From: Podarcis liolepis
Lineage: Eukaryota
Direction: 5' to 3' (one strand)
Assembly: GCA_965112155.1 (NCBI GenBank)
Contig: OZ218103.1
DNA length: 64,000 bases
Position numbers and translations under genes: made by a program. Position 1 is the stretch's first letter, and the number at the start of each line of letters is the position of its first letter. Below the pieces are notes generated by a model that worked only from the letters and a program-made list of their open reading frames with translations, was not told where the DNA came from and did no database searches. Shown piece after piece: positions 12,252 to 24,964 of this stretch.

Positions 12252-12457
12252 CAGTGCTACCTCGGGTTACATACGCTTCAGGTTGCAGACTCCACTAACC
12301 CAGAAATATTACCTCAGGTTAAGAACTTTGCTTCAGGATGAGAACAGAAATCATGCTCTGGCAGCGCAGTAGCAGCAGGAGACCGCATTAGCTAAAGTGG
12401 TGCTTCAGGTTAAGAACAGACCTCCGGAACGAAGCAAAGTAACCCGAGGTACCAATG
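12252..12457. mobile_element. Tc1/mariner-type MITE
   Basis: TA flanks; TIR CAGTGCTACCTCGGGTTAC / GTAACCCGAGGTACCAATG; same family as 41354-41951 in the opposite orientation. Confidence 0.8.
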
Positions 12458-14854
12458 TATTACACACAAAACTATGGAATCACAGCTTGCATTCTCCTCT
12501 GCAGAGTGAACAATAGGATTCACAGACTCAGTGGTTTTCAGCACCACCACAGTGCAAAAACCTGGATGCTCATATTTTTTACAGATTTCCCCCAAATACA
12601 CCATTAGATCATAGGGTTGTATAAAGTAGACCCATTGAAATTAATAGACATGGCTAATTTAGGTTTTTTAATTTCAGTGAGACTGCTCTGGGTAGGATTA
12701 TCATGAGCTACAACCCAGTGCAGTGCAGTTCACTGTAAAAATTGTGCATCCATCACTTTCTGCAATAATGCATTCTATTATACCCAGTTGTGGGATGCTA
12801 CTTAAGGCCTTTCCCCCAGGAAAATCAACTGTTTACTGCTGGATTGGAACAGACATCAATCGGTTTTTCTGCAAATTGACATTTGTTCCAATCCAGTGCT
12901 AAGCAGCAGGTTTCCCCAGGGAAAATAGGGAAAACTAAAAACCGCTTGGACTTGTGTGTAGAAAACACTGGACAAGCAGAAAACTTCTCAGACTTGTGCT
13001 TTCTAGGCACAGAACTGTGGACGAATCCTTAGTTGGACTATCCTTTGTGTTTTCTTGCACAGCAGTACATGATCATTGGGCATATTGAGTATTTCTAGTG
13101 TCTATAACATAAAATCAACAGATTTGTGGTTCATGCCTGAGAAGTGAGCTGCTTGAAGACAGGGTGGTTTTGCATTTATTTTGTTTCCCAATATGTTTCT
13201 TTTAAAGGCTTAATTTTATCTACATATAGTTTGTTGCAATGGCATTGGATTGTGTAAACAATATGTTATCCTTCAGTCTACCCATGCTTGTATCTTATGG
13301 TTACAAGAAAACAACTTAGGAGGCTTGTTTGCAGTATACATACGGTTTCTGTACAGGAAATAGCCATGTGGGAGGAGCCTGATAGTGAGGACGTGTGTCT
13401 TTCTAGTGTCTAACTAGATATTTCTAGTTATCTTGTTCTTAATGATAAGCTTATCTTTTTAGTCAAGGTACATTTATTATCTACTGCCAATGTCAATAAG
13501 TTCAATCTGGTCATTATGCTATGAATATACCAGAACTCTGGAGGTTTTATTTATTTTGAATATTCATATGCTATTTAAGAATTTTGCAAATCCAGAGTCA
13601 CGTACTAAAAATCCAACTAGCTAAAAGAATAAATATGTACAATTTAAATAATCAACCACAGTTGGTAGAAGCAGAATGAAATACAGATCAGATCAAAATC
13701 AGACAAAAAGTCAGAACTACAGATTGCATATTAAAAACATTGGAGCTTTTTTAGTTGCAAATGTGCTATCTAAATGATGGTGATGATGTTGGTGCCTCAT
13801 GGATCTGTATGACAAGGATGTCTCACACACATGATACAGCCACTGAAAAGTCATTTTCCAAGTCACCATCTAACTAGCTTCTGAATGTGGAGGCACCTGG
13901 AGCTTGGACTCCAATGCAGATTTGGGCAAGTTCATGTGGGCGTTTTCATATAGGAAAAATCATTTCTTTGGGTACTCTGTTCCCCAGCTGTTTAAGCATT
14001 AAAGGTCCTGCCTTTTCTCTCTCTCCATCAAACTGACTTCAATTTGTGCAGCGTCAGTATGTCTACTAGATTATAAACCTTTCTGACAGCTCTCTGTCTA
14101 TTTTATTTATTGTGTAGTAATCAGTGGAATTTTAAACACATAATAAATAATAAGATGGCATTTTATAGTTCCTGATCTTCCTGTATTTAAGTACCTTTGA
14201 AGAATGTTGATATGTTGAGCTGTAGACGTAGAATTTATACCAGGTAATTGTGGGAAAACAAGTTAGTTTCTGAAGTCACAAATGCAATGATGAAGTCAGG
14301 TGGAAAAGGTATTCATTTCTTCAAAGTAAATGTTTCTGTCTCAGGCTTCTTCATAGAGAGTCACTGATGGTAATTCTGGAGAGCAAAATTATAGGCTGTC
14401 TGCATTTTGTGACTTTAGCCTTTAGCCTTTTTCTTTGTTGCTCCCTCAAATTTGGTGCTTCTACTTTTCTGGCTGCCTGTCATACAGTGCTGTTCTCCGT
14501 TTATTTGCTCTTTGAATGTCTGCCAAAAACATATTAATTTTGTTCGCATCAATCATTTAATATATAATGTGTCACTGTTGTTATTATTATTTATTAGTCA
14601 CTTTATTCACAGAAGTGAGCCAAAGCAACTTACAACAAGGTATAAACATTAAAACCAATTACAGTACGATTGCATCTAATGCAGGGGTTCGGTTCCAAGA
14701 GTTCTGCGTATACACAAAAACGTGTTTACTCAAACCCTTGGAACCACCCACAGACATCTCCAACCTCCCGGAGCCAGCACACTCAGCTTGCTTTTCCCAG
14801 TAAGCAAGGCTTTCAAATTTATTTCCATACTGGGGAAACCTTGCATATGAGTCA

Positions 14855-15540
14855 GTTCGCATGGGGCGAGGTGGTCCTTGAGATATTGCAGTTCTGAGCT
14901 GTTTAAGGCTTTATAGGTCAAAACCAGCACTTTGAATTGGGCCCGGAAACTAATAGGCAGCCAATCTGCCTGTTAGTTGGCATTATATGCTCAAACCATC
15001 TTGCCCCAGTGAGCAACCTGGCTGCTAAATTCTGCACCAGCTGAAGTTTCTGAACCGTCTTCAGAGGCAGCCCCATTTATAACACATTGCAGTAATCGAA
15101 CCTAGAGGATACCAGAGCATAGACAACATAAGTTAGGGTATCCCTGTCCAGATAGGGGTGCAGCTGGGCCATCAGCCAAAACTGATGGAAGATACTCTGT
15201 GCCACTGAGGCCACCTGAGTCTCATGCAACAGTAAAGGATCCAGAAGTACCCCCAAGCTGCATACCCACTCCTTCAGAGGAAGTGTGACCCCATCAAGGA
15301 CAAGCAGCCTCCCATCCATCTGGTCTAAGTAACCACTGACTAACTGTGCCTTAGTTTATCTGGATTGAGCTTCAGTTTGTGGCTCTCGTTCAGTCCATTG
15401 CCAAGGCAAGACATCAGTCCAGCATGTCCACTGCCTCACCTGCAGATGTAAATGAGAAGTAAAACTGTGTCATTGGCATACAGCTAACAACGTACTCCAA
15501 AACTCTGGATAACCCCACTCAGTGGTTTCATATAGATATC
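14855..15540 (-). mobile_element. L2-clade LINE reverse-transcriptase fragment
   Basis: Minus-strand translation ...SLGVLLDPLL...VYALVSSRFDYCN...VLTYKALN, typical of L2 ORF2. Confidence 0.8.
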
Positions 15541-16009
15541 ATCTATAGGTACATATGATCCAAGACCCTGCCAATGAAATGTGGATTGGGGGTGGGGATC
15601 GGGTGCAGACTCCACTTCATTCATTCGTATTACTGTCTATATGAAAATGAAATGTGATACAAGATGTACAGACATCTTCTTGCTTAATGGAGTCTGGGGA
15701 TCTCACTCAGCCACTTGATCAGGGGCACCATTTGCATATCTAAATGTGTGATCCTGCACATCATTCAGCAATGCAGCAGACTCCAGACCCAGCTGCCATT
15801 CACAATATTTTCAGAAATATTGTAACTGGGAATGACATTTGCAGGCTCTGTCAGCCGACTGGTAGTGGCACTTCTAATCCTTTGAATAGGCATCTTGACA
15901 GCCTTTCCATTATTTTGCAGGGAAGGAGAGTTTATCGCATTGCACTGTTGTTTTAATAATTGCCTGTCTGAGAAAATTACGAAATCTCTTCTTTTATGTT
16001 TTATGTAAG

Positions 16010-16096
16010 GTGCCATCAGAATGCAAACAGTTTCCTTCTCAGCAAATGATCAAAATACAACAGCCCTGGCAGAATTTGAGCCATATATTCGTAAAG
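16010..16096 (+). CDS. PM20D1: PM20D1 exon 2
   Basis: GAIRMQTVSFSANDQNTTALAEFEPYIRK, 87 nt, AG/GT, phase 1-1. Confidence 0.93.
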
Positions 16097-16953
16097 GTAT
16101 TTGAACTTAAATTCCTTCTTTTAACTAGCAAATGGGCATTAACTGAGTATCTAATCTTTGCGTCGTAAAAGAAGAGTCTTTATCGACAAAACTAAAGTAC
16201 TAAGCTGACAAAATGTGATTTATTATTGAGTAGAATGCAAGTTAATGAACTGAAGCAGCTGTGGAACTTTTAAATACAGGTTTCTACCATTGTAAATAAA
16301 TCCTTCTTTTTTAAAAAAAGTATTTATCTCTTTGTGTTAAATTACACACAAGGATTGCATCTCAATGGCAGAGTGTGCTTTGCTTACGGAACGTGCCAGT
16401 ACAAACCCTAGTATCTCTGTGTAGGCCTGGGAAAGACCTCTGTCCCCATGTGAAGACCTTTGAGCACTTGACATATACTCTTAGTATGGTAATAAATGCA
16501 GGAGCTATAGTTGTTATGCAAGAGTAATGTAGTATGGTTTTGGTCTTATACGTTTCATGGCCAATACCAGTCAAACAGGTCAAATTACTGGGTTCTCAGA
16601 AAAGATTGAAATTATATGAAGAGTGGCTTTCATTGTTTCTGTTGTTTGTTTCTTTATTTAACAATTTGAATACAGTGTTGTTGTTGTTGTTGTTGTTATT
16701 TACTTTATCCTTTCGTTTGCTTTAAACTCTTCTTCCACCCCATAGGGTGGTGGGACCAGCAAGAGATGTGTGCTGTGCCTTTCCTCAACCTTCAGTTACC
16801 CATTTCCTGAAATATAGCAGCCATTATAATATACCAACTGTTGCACTGAATACCAAAGGTTAATATGTCCCCATTGATTTGTCCAATCCTTAACCTCAAA
16901 CTTTGGAGGAACCCTTGCTGATTTTCTTTCCCTTCTGTTTTTCTTCCCTGAAG

Positions 16954-17189
16954 CTTTTCCTGCAGTGTTTTCTGCAGCGTTCATTAAACATGAAGTTATT
17001 GGGGAATATAGCCACCTATTCACCATCCAGGGGTCTAACGCTCAGCTGCAGCCCTACATGCTGCTTGCACATATAGATGTTGTTCCAGCTTCTCCAGACG
17101 GGTGGGACGTCAGTGACCCTTTCTCTGCTGAGGAACGTGATGGGTTTATATATGGAAGAGGAACACTCGATAACAAAAACTCTGTTATG
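16954..17189 (+). CDS. PM20D1: PM20D1 exon 3
   Basis: AFPAVFS...[11 protein letters not shown]...[14 protein letters not shown] contains the M20 zinc ligands (AHxDVVP, GRGxxDxK). Confidence 0.96.
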
Positions 17190-17421
17190 GTATATGTATT
17201 TTGTAAATGTACCTCGTTTTGCAGGGTGGGTGGGGTGCAAAGTGTTTGTCTCACAAAGTTTGGCATGCTACATTAATGATGGTTCACTGGTTTAATGCTG
17301 TACTGTTTTTAACATTTGATTGGGAGCCGCCCAGAGTGGCTGGGGAGACTCAGCCAGATGGGCGGGGTATAAATAATAAATTTGTATTATTATCTGTTCA
17401 CAGTGTGAGGAGAAGCATTCC

Positions 17422-17461
<40 letters not shown>
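17422..17461. repeat. (TAT)n microsatellite
   Basis: Direct reading of the sequence. Confidence 0.95.
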
Positions 17462-18184
17462 TTGCAAGCTAAACATAAATCAGTGCACTTTAAAAAGAAC
17501 CTTTTAGCCATATGAGTATATTTTGCTTTGCTTTAAATTGATGGCTTAGTATACTATTTCTGTGGACACCATTGGGCCAAAGGTTGTCCTGAGAGTAAGG
17601 AGAAAAGGAAGGAGGAAGGAGGTCAGTGGGTTGCTGCCCCTGACAATTAGAAATCAAGAAGATGATAGGAACCTGGAGACTGGTTCCAGAGGGAACAGCT
17701 AGCTGGATAAAGTGCTGCAGCCTGAAAGTCAGCAAGCAGAGCAAGAACTGACTACCAGAGCCCATGCAGAAAGTTCAGTGTTCACTACTTTCATCCAGTA
17801 AACCACATTCCAAGTCACAGGCATTTCCACAAGACAGTTTCCTCCATTTTCTTCCAAAGAACAGGCTAAATAGATGCTCCAAAGCGTCTACATTGAATTT
17901 TTGAAAGCGTTATTTATTTTTTTAGCTCTGTGATTTGGACTTTCCCACCTTGATCTATAATCCCCTCCCAGTCAACTGACAAAGTTAAGTTTCATGCAAT
18001 TAAATGGTATTTTGGTTCAATCAGAGGTTAGTACAATGCCATTGGATTCTCAAATCCCACCCTCTAATCTGGGGCAAAACCAGTCCTTCATGCTGCCCCA
18101 CAACAGTTGCTGTTAATATGGAACAGGTTCTGTAACCAAGGTGCTAAATAGACAGTGTTTAACATTTTATTTTTTATTCCTCAG

Positions 18185-18271
18185 GGGATTCTGCATGCTC
18201 TAGAATTCTTACTGAGACGAAATTACAGACCTCACAGGTCTTTCTATATTGGCCTTGGGCATGATGAAGAG
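18185..18271 (+). CDS. PM20D1: PM20D1 exon 4
   Basis: [29 protein letters not shown] includes the catalytic DEE motif. Confidence 0.96.
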
Positions 18272-19596
18272 GTATTCTGTGTGTCTTTAATTTCCCCCGT
18301 ATTTATTTATTTTAGATTTATAGCTCATTCCAAAGGCTGAAACAGTAGATTCTGAACTTGAGTGGGTCAGCCTGCTGCTCTTTTTACATGGAGACTCCTT
18401 AATGGTGTTGTGCTGTCCTGATAAAAGGTTTTCCATGCACTGCAGTGGTAGGTGCCTATTGACTAGTCAACTGTCAACAGCATAGGAATATGGATTTTGC
18501 TTTGCGTAGGGAGAAGAATGTGTGTTTTTTGTGTTGTTTAGCATTACAATTCTGTATCCGGCCCCACACTGCCCCCAATTTTTTTTAAAAAAAGTTTTGA
18601 GGGTTAGGAGCTTGTCTTCACTGCGTTTACAATTTGATGTAATAATAGAAGCTATATTGAAATGTATTGATTTGTTATTAGAGTTTGGTGGATTATGTTA
18701 CTTGTACTACTTGCATTGCATAAAATTGAGTATGTTTTAGCCTGGGCTGGGGAACCTTTTTGACTCTGGGTGCCAATTCCTCATCAGGATTGGCTTCATA
18801 TGTCAAATGTGACAGGTGGGTGGGGTTGCTGACCTGCCCAATAGCACAACATCACATATTGGCAAGTGAGCAAGGCCACTTGCCTGTCAAAATCCCTCCT
18901 GTGGCCTTGTAAGTCTCCCTTGCTTCCCCTTTAAACCTAGTGTCAAGGGTTTGAAAGAGAAACACAGGAAGACTTGCACAGTGCCCTTGGAAGCAGCCTG
19001 GAGGGTGCTTTTGCCAAGTGCTTTAAGATGCTTTTACCTGCAAGACACACCTCTTCCCCTCCCTCCTGTCACTTGTCAGAGAAGGCAGAAAAAGAGGTGG
19101 GTTTTGCAAGCAAAGGAGGGGATTACTCCAGTTCTCTGCCTTTGTTTGAGACTGGGAAGACTTGAAAAAGATTTGCAAGTGTCTCCTTCTCTTTTAAGTG
19201 CCCAATCCTGTGCTGAACTCAGTTCCATCTTTAACAGAGAATATTTCCCCTGATGGATAAAGGATCACACAGGCAATATAGGATTAAACCCTGGCCTTCC
19301 GCCCATCAGCTGACATTGCTAGTAATGTGAGCTAATGGCTGGGGAGACATGTTTTGGTGAAACGACCCTGGTGGGCCATGATTGGCCTGGAAGCTGGAGG
19401 TTCCCTAACTTTGTGTTAGCCTAATGGCTGCTACACTTGAGGAATTAAGTGCCACAATTTACCTCTAAGTGCAGGCCAATTGCAAGATTAAGCAAATAAT
19501 ATATTGGAATGAAATTAGTTCATTAGGTGCAAGGTTAAATGGTTTGGAGCACCACACATCAATTGCTCTCTCCAGTAGAAGTATGTGTATATATAA

Positions 19597-19941
19597 AAAG
19601 GTAAAGGTACCCCTGCCTGTACGGGCCAGTCGTGTCCGACTCTAGGGTTGTGCACTCATCTCACTTAAGAGGCCGAGGGCCAGTGCTGTCCGGAGACACT
19701 TCCGGGTCACGTGGCCAGCGTGACGAAGCTGCTCTGGCGAGCCGGCACCAGCGCAGCACACGGAAACCCCGTTTACCTTCCCGCTAGAAAGCGGTACCTA
19801 TTTATCTACTTGCACTTAAGGGTGCTTTCAAACTGCTAGGTGGGCAGGAGCTGGGACCGAAGACAGCAGCTCGCCCCGCCGCGGGGATTCAAACCGCCGA
19901 CCATGCGATCGGCAAGCCCTAGGCGCTGAGGTTTTACCCAC
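19597..19941 (-). mobile_element. Sauria SINE (5' end runs into the assembly gap)
   Basis: (ACCTTT)n tail, BovB-like 3' part and tRNA B-box; closely similar to 45710-46076. Confidence 0.88.
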
Positions 19942-20069
19942 NNNNNNNNNNNNNNNNNNNNNNNNNNNNNNNNNNNNNNNNNNNNNNNNNNNNNNNNNNN
20001 NNNNNNNNNNNNNNNNNNNNNNNNNNNNNNNNNNNNNNNNNNNNNNNNNNNNNNNNNNNNNNNNNNNNN
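19942..20069. other. Assembly gap (128 N)
   Basis: Run of N inside PM20D1 intron 4; the exon chain is complete across it. Confidence 0.99.
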
Positions 20070-20155
20070 TTTCCACTGAAGCACTGGATGCTTATTGCTG
20101 CCTGAGACAGAATGAGATGACATTTGGTGAGATGACTTTGTTGTGGGCTTTTCAG

Positions 20156-20289
20156 GTGGGGGGTCAAAAAGGAGCCATGAAGATTGTGGCTGAATTGGAA
20201 TCTAGAGGAATTCAACTTTCTTTCGTGCTTGATGAAGGAAGCTTCATCTTCGATGGTATTGTCACTGGAATAGAAAAACCAGTAGCTTC
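20156..20289 (+). CDS. PM20D1: PM20D1 exon 5
   Basis: VGGQKGAMKIVAELESRGIQLSFVLDEGSFIFDGIVTGIEKPVA; DEG motif; GTAAGT donor. Confidence 0.95.
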
Positions 20290-20447
20290 GTAAGTAAGAA
20301 ATGATGAGAACTTGCCACAATAAATGCAATTGTTGCTCTCTTTAAACAATTGGGAGTCAAACATTGTTCCTGATCTACTTGGAGTGTGTGGAATCAACAA
20401 TCTAAGTAAATTTTAGATTCTAAGTTTTGCCTATCTGTGCTGTTGAG

Positions 20448-21249
20448 CAGGGCCATCTTTACCTGGGGGTGCAAGGGGTGCGGGGCACCCGGGCGCCGAA
20501 TTCTGGGGGGCACCAGGTGCCCACCACTGAAGCTGCCTAAGCTTTAACTATCTACCTGCTATGAAATAAAAAATAATTTTGATCAAGCTAGAAAAACAAA
20601 ATACATATAATATATACCTAGGTATTACTGAAATGTATGCCTACTGTTTCACTAAAGGAGTTTCGACTGTGTGCGCTCATTTACCAAAGATGCGCTGCAC
20701 CAGCGATGGCACTTGTCAGATTTGACGGCGCTTGTCATTCACAACCGCGGCACTTGTCAGACTCAATGACAGTGCTTGTCATTCTCAATGGCGCCGTGCA
20801 CGCGAAATTAACTCTTACATCAAAATATTATGTTACGTATTGTATTGAGCTGTTATGTGGCAGAGGGGTCAGTGGCACCTTTGACACGACTGATCTCGCG
20901 CCGCCTGCCTGCCAGTCGCGTCAAAGGTGCTGCTGACTCCGAGTGAAACATTGCAAATTGAATTTAATTCCATCACTTACAGTTCAAATTCGTATAGAGA
21001 AATTGTTTTTAAAAATGTTTATTTTCGCTAATTGTCGGCATTTTCTTTGACTAACTACTTAGTACTTAGGGCTCTACTACAGATGTGTTTCAGCACGTGA
21101 TTTTAGTTTTCCATTTCTGCAAAAATGCGCCTAGAGAGCACTATGCTTTCCGCAAGCTGCTTTTTTCCTTAATTTCGGGGCTAAACTAAATTTGGGGGCA
21201 CTGGGTGGATCTTTGTACCCCGGCAGTGTATATGCTAAAGACAGCCCTG
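20448..21249. mobile_element. Non-autonomous hAT transposon, 802 bp
   Basis: TIR CAGGGCCATCTTTA / TAAAGACAGCCCTG; 8-bp TSD CTGTTGAG / CTGTTGAT. Confidence 0.8.
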
Positions 21250-21635
21250 CTGTTGATTATTACAAAAGTATACTACGCCTCATCTTCTTTTAGGGTCAGT
21301 ATAACTAATTAACCTATGTAATGTGAGTGTCTCATTGGAATAGCCCCCAGCTATAGAGTACTATGTGCTAGTAAACAGGTCCTAGTTTAGGATTGTTACC
21401 ACTTCCTCTTCCTGGGCACTATTGCTGAAAGGGGAATGGTAGCCAGGTGATGGAAAAAATTGATCTTGGGTAGGTGTGGGGTTTTCCAGAACTGAGGGAG
21501 CCAAAGGGACATTGACAAGGGATCCTACTATGCTGCATGGAATAGCAGGGATGTCAAAATGGTTGTCTAACTAGAAGATAGAGGGGGAATTCTTACATCC
21601 TGAATCTAAATAATTGATTTCCCCCAACTTATCAG

Positions 21636-21755
21636 AATAGGTATCACAGAAAAGGGTGCAATTACAGCAAATTTCACTGTGACATCAGAGCCTGGTCATT
21701 CTTCTGCACCACCTAAAAGGACAAGTATTGGTATTCTTTCTGAAGCATTAGCCAA
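21636..21755 (+). CDS. PM20D1: PM20D1 exon 6
   Basis: IGITEKGAITANFTVTSEPGHSSAPPKRTSIGILSEALA; EKG and GHSS motifs; 120 nt. Confidence 0.96.
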
Positions 21756-21936
21756 GTGAGTATTTTCCTTTCCTGGTAATAGTGAAATCCTATGCCTGTC
21801 TAGTTAAAAATAAGCTCCATTCTGATTGTAGCCTAGAGATGTTACATAAATTATTTTGCTCTGTAGTGCCTTGAGTTGCCAGTTCAGTATTTCAGAAATA
21901 AGGGACACTAATGGTTATAGAACACTATGTTGGACC

Positions 21937-22210
21937 GAGTGCTCACTGGAAGGACAGATCCTGAAGCTGAGGCTCCAATACTTTGTCCACCTCATGAGAA
22001 GAGAAGACTGGGAAAGACCCTGGTGTTAGGAAAGATTGAGGGTACAAGGAGAAGGGGACGGCAGAGGATGAGATGGTTGGACAATGTTCTCAAAGCTATG
22101 AACATGAGTTTGACCAAGCTGCGGGAGGCAGTGGAAGACAGGAGTGCCTGGCTTCCTCTGGTCCATGGGGTCACGAAGAGTCGGACATGACTAAACGACT
22201 AAACAACAAC
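21937..22210 (+). mobile_element. RTE-BovB LINE 3' fragment
   Basis: KTLVLGKIEGTRRRGRQRMRWLD...LREAVEDRSAW...VHGVTKSRT followed by a (CAA)n tail. Confidence 0.9.
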
Positions 22211-23027
22211 ATGCATATTTAAGTCACATGTTCTCCTTATTTAAGCGTGCAAATCATCTGAGGAGACAAACCTGTTTGTTGAAATCTACCAGAATGCTAA
22301 ACGGGGCTGCTTTTGCCGTAGCCCAAGAGTTATGGAGCTCCCTCCCAAACAAAAACTGTCGGTGCCTGCAGCCTTTTAGAAGGCAATGCAAATGCTTTTA
22401 GAAACATATTTAGAAACCTGTTGCAGTAGAAAGTGTATGTATGGTTTTATAATACATACTGATGATATAGTGGGGAAGGTGTTTATGTGTGCCTTTACTG
22501 AGGGAGGGCTTAGTTTGATTTTTAGAAAACCTACCACCAGCACTTGTGATGAGCCTGGAACTGTTGCACATTTAGATCCAGCCATGGGGCACCTTCCAGC
22601 GTCTTGCCACACATTCTGTTTGCTTAAGACTGTTCCTGTTCCTCAGTATATGGAGGATAAGTGTTGGTTTTGCATGGGAACAGTGCCTCACATAATGTTG
22701 AAGATGCACTGCAGTGGTCTTTTACCCTCCTCCATTCAGATTGTGACATGATCTCTTCCCAGTTTAAACACGAAATAAATCAGATTTATAGCATATCTTC
22801 CCGAGAATTTCCTCCAGCTTTCAAATTATCACTGACTTAGCTTCTGTTTTGAAATCTAACTTCATCATGATACTTATCTGTAGCAGAAACTAAAGTAGCA
22901 ATTTTAAGATGACTAAGACGTTGCAGACTTCTGCCTAAATTCATGAATCAAAGTAATAGGAGTGGAGCCTGTTTATTTTTCGTCTTGCATTTGATTGTTA
23001 CAGTCAGATAGCTGTTTGTTGTTATAG

Positions 23028-23103
23028 GTTGGAGCAGCATCCTATGCCCAATCTGTTTGGTCATGGGCCTGAAATCCTGATGTTTGAGCAATTGGCACCA
23101 GAT
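23028..23103 (+). CDS. PM20D1: PM20D1 exon 7
   Basis: LEQHPMPNLFGHGPEILMFEQLAPD; TAG/GTAAGT boundaries. Confidence 0.94.
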
Positions 23104-23409
23104 GTAAGTATTCAACAATATGTACTCTTTCATGTGATTTCAGTGAAGCGACCTTAAATTTTCAGTGATAACATTAGATTTCTTATGATTTTCTAAACTT
23201 GTTGCTAGTCAGAGTTTTAGAATTTCCAGAGTCATTCCCAATTGATAGAGTTCATAGCAACTTTCTATCCCCCCCCCCCCCAGGTTTCAAAGCCTCATTT
23301 ACAGTTATAGTTCTCATGTACTCCCACAATCTCAAACTTTTTCTTCAGTTTCTTCCTACTTCCTACTTTGATCAAACCACAGTTTGTCATTATATGAGTA
23401 ATCAAACTA

Positions 23410-23654
23410 TTGTGGGGGAACCTCGGTTTTTGAATGTAATCCATTCCAGAAGTCCCTTCAACTTCCAAAACATTTGAAAACCGAGGATCAAAGGGTTGTC
23501 AGCAAGTTCAATGGGGAAAATTGAGAAACGCGCCTCGGAAGCCATCCGATTTCCGAGGCACATTCGAAAACGGAAGCATTCCCTTCCGGGTTTTCGGCGT
23601 TCGGCTTCCGAAACGTTCCGCATGCCAAGACATTCGAAAACCAAGGTTTGACCT
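23410..23654. mobile_element. Tc1/mariner (Tigger-like) MITE
   Basis: Inverted ends AACCTCGGTTTTTGAATG / CATTCGAAAACCAAGGTT; CpG-rich interior. Confidence 0.6.
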
Positions 23655-24403
23655 TACATTTCTTCAAACCAGGGCAACTTTAAACTGTTGTTTGGAAGGC
23701 AAGCACAAGCTATAGTATGGCAGTTTGAATTAAACAGCAAAGTCTACTTTGATCCAACTGGAAACTCAGTGAAGCATGGGGGTACAGAGTTAGCATGGGA
23801 GTCATTCCCATACTGCTGAATCATGCTTTGTTACTTGGAGCAAGCTAATATTAGCTACTTATGGAAAGGTTGTTCAATAGGAAAGTTGTATTGCATTGGA
23901 AAGCTGCATTGCAGTTGCTTTTTGTGTAACTTGTCCAAGGTCAACGCCACAAGCGGCATCCTAGATCCACTGGTGGAGGAAGATGGGTGCAGGGGGAGCA
24001 CAACACCCCCGACAGCATGATCCCAGTGGGGTGCCATCATGGCGTGGGCACCATGCCCCCAGAACGTGCACAAACCCCGCCCCTGCCTGCTCTCCGCTCC
24101 CCGGTGCCGGAGCATGAAGCTCCACCACTGCCTGGATCTCTGACAGGCTGTGCCTGCAACCCTATCCTTGCAGAGTTATTGGTTTGATCCAGAACTTCCC
24201 TTCTCCTATGTGTTGCTTCTATGTGCACAGTTCTCTTCCTGCCCCCTACCCACACAGTTCTTCCATTGGCCTGTCTCCTGCATACAGGAAAGTTCTAACA
24301 TGTTCACTTAGAAGACTACTTCAGCATGGTTGTTTTTTAAAGAAACCATTCTCTTGATCCAGACTTGCTGATGTGTACTGCTTTTCTCCCCTTTGCTTTT
24401 CAG

Positions 24404-24465
24404 TTCAGCTTCCCTCTAAATGTCATTATGTCAAATTTGTGGCTGTTTGGACCACTTGTTGGAAG
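24404..24465 (+). CDS. PM20D1: PM20D1 exon 8
   Basis: FSFPLNVIMSNLWLFGPLVG(R); CAG/GTAAGA boundaries. Confidence 0.95.
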
Positions 24466-24885
24466 GTAAGAAAGAAACATGATATTTCGTCACGTTTTTA
24501 TTACAGCAACAAGAGCTTTCCTATGCTGGGATACCGCAGGAGAGCATGCTGCCACTACACAATTTTTAAAAGCATTTTTCTTTAAAAGTTCGCAAAATAA
24601 TAAGTCCATGAGGGTGTGGGGAGGCGCATATCACAAGCACAAACAATATTCAGTAAAGTGCCCACTTCATGAAGCAATAGCAAAGAAATGAATGGACAGT
24701 GGTTAAAATGCAACCATACTCTTAAATGCAACCTCAAGGGAAGATGGCAAGACAGAGCACAAAAAATGAGAAACAAATGTACATTTATTGATTTAAAATA
24801 TTGGTATTGACTTATGGAATGCAGAATTCTACATTAATTTACTTCTGATCTCTAAGAACTTTGTGTCATCTAAATCTTTACATAG

Positions 24886-24964
24886 ATTTCTTGAACAGAC
24901 GCCTACCACCAATGCCTTAGTTCGGACTACCACTGCAATCACTATGTTTCATGCAGGAGTCAAG
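24886..24964 (+). CDS. PM20D1: PM20D1 exon 9
   Basis: FLEQTPTTNALVRTTTAITMFHAGVK; RTTTA motif. Confidence 0.95.
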
